Of a stretch of 32,000 nt of DNA, positions 10,251 through 19,193 are shown one piece after another. This DNA comes from Wallemia ichthyophaga EXF-994 (Eukaryota; Fungi; Basidiomycota). The stretch spans positions 150,001-182,000 of the forward strand of contig NW_008806290.1 of the NCBI RefSeq assembly GCF_000400465.1, given 5' to 3'. Within the stretch, counting starts at the first letter, position 1. Every line of letters starts with the position of its first letter. The notes under the pieces were generated by a model, which worked only from the letters and a program-made list of their open reading frames with translations, had not been told where the DNA came from and made no database searches. A program made the translations under genes and the position numbers.

Positions 10251-11472
10251 CTAATCAAGGACTTGCGTATCAACTTGATATACAGGTTCTGGGAGTGAAA
10301 CTCTAGGAAATGAAGCTTGAAGAAGTATATCGAGGGGATTACTAATACCCAGCTTTTCTTCGGGTCTTCTGAGCAACTGTGCTGAGAGTTAGACAGCCTT
10401 TAAAGAAACACCATGACTTACCATGAGTCCAGCATAATCGAGTGAATTGAGTGACTTATTCCATCCTTCAAGACCATTAGCAGCTTCGATGCTCACACTC
10501 TCTTTCGATCTGGGTATAATGAAGAGATGATCGTGAGTCATCAGAACGTTGTAACTGAATGGAGGTGAAGGTGGTGCTTGGTCTAGTCTTCTATAAGTGT
10601 CCGCTTGTGCATCCAGCAATGTCATGAATCTGTTAGCTAATTCACATTCAACGTCCTCCTCCGTTGGCGCGTTTAGTAGTGTGCTTAATTTGACACCAAA
10701 GTTGGCGAATGGCAATTTTTCGAGCGAGAAAAAGTTGGATTCGTTTTCCATTTGTACTCCATTTGCTAGCTTCTCTATTGGTAATGGATCACTAAGTGGT
10801 ACGAATTGAATGTGCTTGTGTGGTTGCGAAGCACCGCTCTTTTCGCCACAATTAAAGAACGAAAGCAGGCTTTGACCTGTTTTTTTGTACTCTAGTATGA
10901 TATTTCTAGCTAAAACTAAATCGGATGGCATCAATGGTGACGTCTGCGGAACGAAATCTGTTTCATGTCGCAATGAGCTGGAGAATCCAAGTGTAGGTAA
11001 GTGACCGACCTTTTGTAGCCAATAAGAAGTGGTTGAGCTTAACCATGTACTTGTTCAACTAAAGAGTATAAGTATGGGCTTATCAAGGAGCGCGGAAACC
11101 AACAAGGAGAACGTGAGAGTCGCCAACTTGTTGAACAAATAAATTCTCATTGTAAGGAGGAGCGAATACGTCTTTCTGAGAGGTAGAATCTGAGCTCTGA
11201 TTACGTTGTCTCTTTACGCGACTATCGATAGTTTCTTCACTAACGCCGGGTGGAGGATTCGTAGGCTTTTTAAGAAGAGCTGGGCATATAGTCAGCTGAA
11301 ACTGAAGCTAGTTTAGGCTGGATTGATTCGATATAAAGACTACACCAACATCAACGCCTTCAAAATTAAATAATTCATTTTGAGATTCGAAGTAAAGAGC
11401 GTCTCCAGATTTCAAAGCAATTTTAGTCTTGTTCTCAACTCGATCCCTGAGATTGGACATGGACATGGACAT
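10251..11472 (-). CDS. ATP adenylyltransferase / Ap4A phosphorylase (Apa1/Apa2 family), 4 introns
   Basis: ATG at 11472 (CCACCACCATG). Introns 11308-11349, about 11059-11103, 10958-11009 and one near 10378-10422. Spliced motifs FQLTICPALLKKP, LLNKY...HFLLATKDFVPQTSPL, FFNCGEKSGASQPHKHIQF (HxHxQ), SYNVLMT, LFIIPRS, NSLDYAGLMLL. Stop at 10251-10253. Confidence 0.9.
11455..11472 (-). repeat. (ATGTCC)x3 tandem at the start of the Ap4A phosphorylase gene, encoding MSMSMS
   Basis: Plus strand GGACAT repeated at 11455, 11461 and 11467. Confidence 0.9.
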
Positions 11473-11502
11473 GGTGGTGGTTGATTTCAACTATCAAGCT
11501 TC

Positions 11503-12058
11503 ATGTCAAGCGCCGCACAGATTCATAAATTGAATCAGACTGACAACGTAAGCTGCGTTTGTAGCTATCTACTCGTTCACTCAAAATTCAAAGGACATCA
11601 GCAAATTGCTCAGACTAGCTTCCGATGCACTCAAAGCTCTTTTACCGCCTTCAAACCAGCAAGAGCGTGAACTGTTAGAAAAACAGCAGCAAAAATACAA
11701 TCAGCTATCCACACAGCAGCAATCACAACCTCAAATAACTCTCTGGGGTGATGAAGACCCAAATGAAGATTACAACGATTTGGAGCAGGACGAAGCACAG
11801 GACGCGAGATTCGTAGACACCACTAAATCTTATTATAGTCTCCTCAACTCTATACAAATCGATATACGTACAGCTATCGCTCATTTACGTAATGAAAGGA
11901 TATCTCCTCGAGTTTTGCATTCGAGTGGAAGTGGTAGTGTACATCAAGAATCTAACCTCAGTCTAGGCGCACAAAGGATCGAAATTGACATTATCCGCAA
12001 TCTCACTCGAACTCTGCATCAGTTGTCAAATCAAGACGTCGAAATGCAATCATCTTAG
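11503..12058 (+). CDS. MED11: Mediator subunit Med11-like protein, 1 intron
   Basis: ATG at 11503, intron 11548-11593. Product MSSAAQIHKLNQTDN|DISKLLRLASDALKALL...FVDTTKSYYSLLNSIQIDIRTAIAHLR...LSLGAQRIEID fits the Med11 two-helix pattern as I recall it; not database-confirmed. Confidence 0.72.
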
Positions 12059-13775
12059 CTTATTTTGCACGTCAACTTTGTATTTATAACGCTTTTCATT
12101 GTACAGTTACCCTGTCTGCGGACTGCCTCGAAGACAAAGCTTGCTGGGAGTAGCGCAGACTATTTACAGGGAAAGGGATATTATACCCGCCTTACTATGA
12201 GCCCCACGATGGCGAACCGCAAGGAAAAGATGAAGGAAGCGTAGGCTGATTAAATACCGCAGCGGCGGTTGAGAAGCATTTGACTCGCACCTTATGTTTG
12301 TTATGTTTCGCGAACCCGGCTACCCTCGTTCTAAGTCACGCGGCTAACGGTGTAAACAGCATGCGCTCAGGCGTAACAAATACGCGTTTATATATACTAC
12401 TAGCGCTTGTGGTGCTTTCTATAATTAAGTCCCTGACCAATCACGCAAGCACACCAGCAAACATAATGAATCAACAATATTTATCTTCCACTGGGCACAT
12501 CACACTTAATTCACAATGTCAATCAAAAATTATTTCGTCCAAGAAGCACTGTATTCATTGTAAACTGAGCAAAATTGATATCATTTTGTAGTTATTTGTT
12601 TTGCCATTATTTCGAGAGTGAATATATCGCGAAAAGCGCTGTCTGGCGCCCTGTACTAGTCCAGATAGATGTGACATGTTTTTTGTAGAGTATTTTGGAG
12701 TAAGAAGACATACATTCAAGTTATCCTGACTTCAAGAATTTCAACGTAGCCTTTTATCGCTTTCACACCTCCATTATCTGAAATATCGAAACGCGCCTGG
12801 TACAGTCAAATCAACGATTTCAGAGTTGGGCTGACCCCTAATTTTCTTTGTTTAAATCTCTTCTACAAAGCGTGAAATGAGGCGATGTAGCAACATCTTT
12901 TCCCAATGCTAAAATTGATTCCTGTAGACGCCATGCAAAGGAAAACGATTTTCGCCTTTATAGGGCTGAGTCCCTAGTAAATTTGAGCACTTGCAGTCCC
13001 TATATGTAAAAGCTTCTCATCCATTGATTCAGCGCGTGAAACCTTCCATAAATATTCTGCAGCGTGCTCCAGAGCGATGTCGGATTGCAACTCCCGAACA
13101 GCCTACAAGACGCAGTTGGAGGCTAAGGAATACAAGTCTGGTAATTTCTGGTAGATATCATTGATGGCTTTTTATGAAGCTTTTTTATTTGGAGATCATC
13201 AAAACTCGTAAATCTGCTGTTTGATGAGATAGGTGGTAGTAGAGCAGTGCAACTCGGTGTATTCAGAATGGAGGGTTGATATAATAATGGATTTGAAATG
13301 CTGGGAATGGCACGAAGATTATGGTATTGCTAAATTGTTCAAAGTGTCCGTATATGGTATCTCTGCTTTCGTCTTCTTATTAGGTCATTTGCTGAGAGCG
13401 TTGAGCATATTCAGCTCAATTAAACACCTCGTACTGCTGCAAGCATTTGACGGTATTGAACGAACCATTGAACCATTCAAAGCACCATTATGGAGAGTTT
13501 GTGGGTTGTAGCAGGAGAGTCGGATTTATTCATGTATCCAAGCATTCATTGATCCAATAAATATGAGGAAAATTCATTTTTGAATATGCTAGTCATAGCC
13601 TAAGCACAAACACAAGCACAAACACTCTAGGTAAAACGAAAAAAATATATTTAAATAGTCGAACTAGAGTTTAGAGTTTTAAAACAGGGTTTATAGTAGT
13701 AAGTACAACTTGGTCATCGATCATAAGTCGTTGAGATCATGTTCATCTGCATCTACGTAAGAAAGTGAGGGACAT

Positions 13776-15341
13776 CTACTCGTTATTTGAATGCATTATC
13801 TCGTTTGTGCGTTCCGTTAAAGTATGAGGAGAGGATGTGGAGGAGGAGGTATTAAGGGGGAGAGAGTGAGTGAAGGGGTGAGTGTGATTAAAGTTGCTCG
13901 TATGAGGGTGTTTCAAGTGGGATGCTATTGGTAGCTGTTGGTTCAACCTAGGACTCGGATGAGGTGAGAGGGCAGGCGAGCTGATTCCACGCGAGGGGGG
14001 CTGGCTGAAGCCCTGCGATGCCGTAGTTGACGGTGGTCCGCGTGGTTGTCGCACGGGTGGAGATGTCAACTGCGCAGCGCTCATCTGCGCAGGCGACGTC
14101 GTAAGGGACTGTTCCGAGGGAGTTGCAGATCCATGGTGGGTGGCGAGGTCGAGTGGGAAAGGGAGTGGGGGTGGATGGAAGGTGCCTGCCTCCGAGTAAG
14201 TGCGTGCGGCATTTGTACCCGCACCTGCACCCGCTGCGTCAGAGTGAGAGTGGGGTGGAGCGAATAGAGAAGCGAAACCGCCATTACCCGGTGGACCAGG
14301 ACCGAGAGTCGCAGAGCGTCTACCAGAGAGCATAGGTGGAGCGAATGAGACACCTTGAAGATCTGGGGCTGTCCGAATCGACGAATACGCTTCTTTGAGG
14401 TTGCTGTTAGACGCTCTGCTGGTGAGACCAGGTGCAGTGTTGAAAGTGGCACTTCCATTCAATCTCTTCATGTCAGGCATGGACTTTTTGGTGCGCAATC
14501 CAGGCGGGATTTGCATGCCGATACCAGTGGAGGCGGGACTGAGGAAAGAGGTGTTGCTGACAAGATCAGGTCTACCGCCTCTTGTGATGGTTGAGGAGGA
14601 GTGCTTGAGTGAGCGGGCAGGGTCATTGCGCGGCGTCGGAGGTTCAGGAGGATTTCTCGAGACGATGACGAAACGGTCGTCACCTTGGCCAATGGAGTAG
14701 TGGTAGACAGAGAGACGCTGTGCAACGAGATGAACAATGCGCCTCTGAGACATGGTCAAATTTTTTGAAAAAGCGAGGTCATCCCTCATTCTGTCCTCCT
14801 TGAAGACGAGGATGCGTGAGTAGATCTCAAGGGTGGATGGATCGTTGAGGTCAAGTTCAGCGTGACACATGGTGGGAGGGCTGGCCTGAGAGTCTCTATC
14901 GGAGAGGACAGAGTCGAAGACGTTGGTGGGGGAGTCGTCGAAGGAGTCAGGAGGGTTGAAAGGGAGAGGGTTGTTGATTCCCAAACTGGCCATTCTACGA
15001 AGAGCCTTGTCACGTTCAATACGCTCCTTGTCTTGAGGGTGGAGCACCTTCTTGTACTCGACGCGTAGTTTCCTACCCAAAACGTCAAAGCCGTTCAGAG
15101 CAGCGACGATAGCCGACGCATCATGGGAAGTTCTGAAGTTAGCGAAAGCGAGACCTCTAAACGCGGGATCGTTGGAGGGGTTCGAGGTGTCGTAGTGGTA
15201 GTTGAAGGCGTATGGAGTGGGGATGTTGAGGTCGTGGATAATGCTAAGTAGCTGGTCTTTAGGGAGTGAGAAAGGGATATTCTTGATGACAACAGCGTTT
15301 GGAATAATTTCATCGAGTGTGTTGGAATTTGGAGGATTCAT
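13776..15341 (-). CDS. PIN4: RRM + R3H RNA-binding protein (Pin4/Cip1/Cip2 family), intronless
   Basis: RNP2 VVIKNIPF, RNP1 FRGLAFANF, GRKLRVEYKK, then the R3H segment FSKNLTMSQRRIVHLVAQRLSVYHYSIGQGDDRFVIV and a Pro/Ser-rich tail. Confidence 0.88.
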   Translation of the reverse strand: MNPPNSNTLDEIIPNAVVIKNIPFSLPKDQLLSIIHDLNIPTPYAFNYHYDTSNPSNDPAFRGLAFANFRTSHDASAIVAALNGFDVLGRKLRVEYKKVLHPQDKERIERDKALRRMASLGINNPLPFNPPDSFDDSPTNVFDSVLSDRDSQASPPTMCHAELDLNDPSTLEIYSRILVFKEDRMRDDLAFSKNLTMSQRRIVHLVAQRLSVYHYSIGQGDDRFVIVSRNPPEPPTPRNDPARSLKHSSSTITRGGRPDLVSNTSFLSPASTGIGMQIPPGLRTKKSMPDMKRLNGSATFNTAPGLTSRASNSNLKEAYSSIRTAPDLQGVSFAPPMLSGRRSATLGPGPPGNGGFASLFAPPHSHSDAAGAGAGTNAARTYSEAGTFHPPPLPFPLDLATHHGSATPSEQSLTTSPAQMSAAQLTSPPVRQPRGPPSTTASQGFSQPPSRGISSPALSPHPSPRLNQQLPIASHLKHPHTSNFNHTHPFTHSLPLNTSSSTSSPHTLTERTNEIMHSNNE

Positions 15342-15638
15342 CCACTGTGGTGTAGATTAATAGGCTGCTACACTAGTAATTTAATAACCTTACACTTGTA
15401 TTCCCATTTCCACTTAAATTTAAATTATCCAGCTGATTTATAGTGCTCATCATCGTCACCGTCGTGAAGCTAGTGAAGCTTAATCCATAATATAAAAATA
15501 ATTAAAATTTATTCAAGTATTTTGTCGATATAAATCACGTGCAGATCCTTAAAGATCCCGTGTCTCGTGTCTCGTGTCATTCCGGGATTTCTGTCGGTAT
15601 TAATTCGGTGTGATTGCCTATAACCTTTATTAGCAACA

Positions 15639-17829
15639 ATGAGTCATCTAACAGATAACGCTGTTGATCTGCCACGCCTCCCAATCCCCTCACTAGACGC
15701 CACCTGCCAGCGCTACTTGAACAGTCTACAAGGCTTACAATCTGCCCAAGAGCACAACCAGACCAAGAATGCTGTTGACTTTTTCAAAAACAATGAAGGT
15801 CCAATCCTCGACAAGAAACTACGCCAGTACGCCAACGATAAATACAGCTACATTGAAGAATTCTGGGATGAATCGTATTTAAACTACTCTGATTCCGTTG
15901 TTCTCGCTCTCAACCCTTTCTTTATCTTGGAAGATGACCCCACGCCTTCTCGTGGGTCTCAGCTGATGCGCGCATCAAGTCTTATCATATCCTCACTTGG
16001 CTTTGTCCATGACTTGCGCTGTAATCTTCTCGAGCCAGATAACGTAAGAGGTGTTCCACTCGATATGTCTCAGTACAAAAGGCTATTCGGCACTTCACGC
16101 ATCCCCACACAGAATGGCTGCGTGATGAGAACAAAGGGTGATTCTAAACACATTATCATTGCACGCAAAGGTCAATTTTACTGGTTCGACGTCATCGACC
16201 ATGAAAATAGACCACTTTTCACCGAACAAGACTTGCATCACAACCTCAAATCCATCGTCGATGATGCTGACTCTAATAACTCCCTCGACGCGTCTGGCAG
16301 GTCGATTGGTGTGCTTACCACCGAAAATCGCAAGATTTGGTCGTCCAATAGGGATTTCCTGGGCAAGAACACGGATAATGGCAAGAATATCGATATGATT
16401 GATCAGGTGAGTACGATGTGTGGATTACTATCAACAATTAACCACCAACACCCACTACACAGGCCCTCTTTGTCGTATGTCTCGACGACATTACACCCGA
16501 GACCACTTCCCAGCTATGCGACAACATGCTATGCGGCACGAGTCACGTCAAAGATGGCATCCAGCTTGGCTCCTGTACGAACAGATGGTATGACAAGGTG
16601 TGTTGGGGATGAATTGGAGTGTCTTAAGTCTCAATACTAACCTCACCGCACAGCTCCAAATAATAGTCTGCCAGGACGGTTCAGCGGGGATAAATTTCGA
16701 GCATTCCGGTGTAGATGGCCATACCGTATTGCGCTACGCCGCGGACATTTACACGGAACTGGTGTTGCTATTCGCAAAGAGTATCAACCCAGTAGCGCCA
16801 ACGCTATTCCAAAGCAAGTTATCGCCCTACTCGAAGAGTGCGAAAGGGGGCGCGCAACCATACCCTGACCATCTTGCACCACCCGCTACCGCCCCCCAAC
16901 GTCTGGAATGGGCCTACACGAACGAAATCAAGCTGGCGATTCGCTTCGCCGAGACGAGGCTTAGCGACATGATATGCCAGAACGAAGCGCAAGTGATGGA
17001 GTTCCCTCGCTACGGTAAGCTTTTCATCACCAAGCATGGTTTCAGCCCAGACGCGTTCGTGCAGATGGCATTCCAAGCCGCTTACTACAATCTTTACGGT
17101 CGCACTGAGTGTACTTACGAGCCTGCTATGACAAAGGCGTTTGCACATGGGCGCACAGAGGCTATTCGCAGCGTCACACCCCAGGCTGTGCAGTTCGTCC
17201 AGTCGTTCAACTCTGATGCACCGCCAGGTGAGAAGATTGCCGCTCTGCGTAAGGCTTGCGCAACTCACTCGGCACTCTCCCGCGAATGCAGCAAGGGCGA
17301 GGGCCATGATCGACACCTCTATGCAATGTTGCGGATCGCCGAGAGCGAGAGGGAGAAAGAGCAGGTGGCGCAGAAGAAGAACAACGCTACCAACAACACC
17401 CCTCCCACACCGCCTAAACCATCTCTCTACGCTGACCCTGGATACTCACTCGGAACTACAGACGTGCTGTCAACGTCCAACTGCGGCAATCCGGCACTGA
17501 GGCTGTTCGGGTTCGCCAGTACATCAGCCAGTGGGTTCGGGATAGGGTATATAGTACGCGATAGCAGCATCTCGTTATGCGTAAGCAGCAAACACAGACA
17601 GACAAACCGCTTCGTAGAAACTATCCAGGCGTATCTAGTTGAGGTGGAGCAGATGCTCATCGGGTTGCACAAAGAGGCTAATCAGCGCAGCAGCTGGCAT
17701 GAAGATGAGGGCGATGCGTACACGTCCGGCTTCAGCTTCTTTGACGTGCCCGTAGACGTACAGGCTGAGCGTAAGAAACAGGTGTCTAATCGCAATGTCG
17801 GGGTGACGTTGGAGATTGATGAGTATTAA
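15639..17829 (+). CDS. YAT1: Carnitine O-acetyltransferase (Yat1-like), 2 introns
   Basis: LPRLPIPSLDATCQRYL at the N-terminus. Introns 16407-16462 and 16598-16653 give ALFVVCLDD...GSCTNRWYDK|LQIIV. Catalytic FEHSGVDGHTVLR, plus TYEPAMTKAFAHGRTEAIRS and LSTSNCG. No PTS1. Confidence 0.92.
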
Positions 17830-17931
17830 AAGCATGCAGAGCATGTACCCTTAACGCTATGAATGCCAAAGTAATTTTGAATGCGATAACGTATATGTAA
17901 AGGAAAATGAACAAAACAACTACCTACGTCC

Positions 17932-18732
17932 TCATCTCATCAACTCCTTAGCCTCATCGACAGGATCATTAGCTTCGATAGCATCGCCTATCGCAGTATC
18001 CGACCGTTTCTCCTGTTTCTGGGTATCAGGGGAGGGTCTAGGTCTAGGACTCGCCGCGACACCAGCACTAGTCTGTTCATCTGGATCGTTAGAAGACTTG
18101 ATGCGTCTTTCCGCGAGGAAGGAAGCTAGAGCGGTGTGGCCAGCGAGCTCAGCCTCATCCTGCGCGAGGCGATTCCTGGCGGTGCGCTTGTGTAGGAGGA
18201 CGGACTCGGCCGTGTGTTGGCGACCCTCGATAGCATCCGCTGCTCGCGCCGCGGCTCTTGGCACCTCCTTGCGCGAGTAGGTGGCTGGGTCGAGAGCAGC
18301 TGGCCGCGTAGACGCGTACGCGAGGAGGGCCCTGGCTACATCCAGGTGGCCCTTGCGTGCGGCGTAATGCAGCGGAGAGCGCTGGTCGGGTGTGTGGGCG
18401 TCGAGGATGGCGTGGGTGAGGTGAGGCGTGGGCGAGAGCGAGGAGGAGAAGAGCGGGGCGTTGGCGGGCGACGGGCCCGGCGGAGAGGGGACGTGCGGCG
18501 GGAGGAGCCATTCGAGGAGCTCGTAGTGCCCTTTCTCGCAGATGGCGTGCAGCACGGAGTGGCCAACGTCGTCGCGGGCGGTGTAGAGGCTGTCCTGGCC
18601 GTGGAGCGTGGAGTACTCCTCGAGAGCGGGCCGGTCGTTGGCGGCGGCGGAAATGACTATGCGGGCTGCCTGTTCGGCGGTGGGTGCGTTGGGTGCGTTG
18701 GGTGCGTTGGATGCGGAGTCTGCGTCTGCCAT
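17932..18732 (-). CDS. Small ankyrin-repeat protein
   Basis: First ATG at 18732 (MADADSAS). Ankyrin motifs GHSVLHAICEKGHYELLEWLL and QRSPLHYAARKGHLDVARALL. Confidence 0.82.
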   Translation of the reverse strand: MADADSASNAPNAPNAPTAEQAARIVISAAANDRPALEEYSTLHGQDSLYTARDDVGHSVLHAICEKGHYELLEWLLPPHVPSPPGPSPANAPLFSSSLSPTPHLTHAILDAHTPDQRSPLHYAARKGHLDVARALLAYASTRPAALDPATYSRKEVPRAAARAADAIEGRQHTAESVLLHKRTARNRLAQDEAELAGHTALASFLAERRIKSSNDPDEQTSAGVAASPRPRPSPDTQKQEKRSDTAIGDAIEANDPVDEAKELMR

Positions 18733-18803
18733 GTGTGGATTGAAATGGATGATGAGCGTGAGAGAGAGAAAAGGAAAACGAAAGCAAGACAAGGAAAATG
18801 GTG

Positions 18804-19157
18804 TCACTCCCCAGGTATTTGGAATTCCTCAGCCTCAGCATCCCACCGCAGCTTATCGGGATCAATGGCCAGCGTGGCTAGGAAATCTGGGAAAATGAGG
18901 TCATCGTTGTAATTGACAAGGTCGAAGAGCTGCAGGGAGGTGGATTGCGATATTTGCAGCCACTTGTCGATAAGCGTGGATAGCGTGGACAGCTTTTGGT
19001 GCCTGTGGATGCTGGTGGCGTGGCTGAGTTGCTTGTACTTGAACAGCAATTGCGAATTCCTGGGCTTTGAGTTGGTTGGACGATTCGGATTAAGCAGCGG
19101 AGGCTTGAATGGCTTGCTGGTGTTGCTGCTGCTGGTGCTCGATTTAGATTTGTACAT
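18804..19157 (-). CDS. Sfr1/Mei5-like recombination mediator (Swi5/Sae3 partner), 117 aa
   Basis: ATG in TCCACCATG context. C-terminal pattern KLSTLSTLIDKWLQISQSTSLQLF...DFLATLAIDPDKLRWDAEAEEF resembles the conserved Sfr1/Mei5 C-terminal domain (LIxKW...Q...L..LxID...WDxExExF). Assigned from recall. Confidence 0.62.
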   Translation of the reverse strand: MYKSKSSTSSSNTSKPFKPPLLNPNRPTNSKPRNSQLLFKYKQLSHATSIHRHQKLSTLSTLIDKWLQISQSTSLQLFDLVNYNDDLIFPDFLATLAIDPDKLRWDAEAEEFQIPGE

Positions 19158-19193
19158 GGTGGATTACAGTTTACAAGTGCATCACCCACTCCC

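Noticed and set aside
13233-13511. 92-aa plus-strand ORF in the large gap
   Set aside because: Starts at GTG, has no recognisable motif and no splice-supported extension.
12059-13775. Searched by eye for U1/U2/U4/U5/U6, U14, snR30, SRP, RNase P/MRP and a telomerase template
   Set aside because: No full diagnostic motif. TGGGGCTCAT (minus, near 12200) resembles the MRP CR-V but lacks the GAAAGTCCCC partner; no TAACCCTAA template.
14046-15313. Multiple alternative-frame ORFs over PIN4
   Set aside because: Shadow frames of a GC-rich, low-complexity real CDS.
5399-17829. SPS19 and YAT1 as a fatty-acid gene cluster
   Set aside because: They are 9 kb apart with five unrelated genes between them; no shared ORE or FarA-type motif seen.
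17827-17870. Cryptic peroxisomal targeting by stop read-through on YAT1 or other enzymes
   Set aside because: No TGA-CTA context and no read-through extension ending in an SKL-like tripeptide at the stops I checked.
18098-18912. Long overlapping ORFs on both strands (18155-18865 -, 18214-18912 +, 18336-18566 -, 18608-18898 +)
   Set aside because: Shadow frames of the very GC-rich ankyrin gene, where stops are rare; Arg/Gly/Pro-rich translations with no domain.
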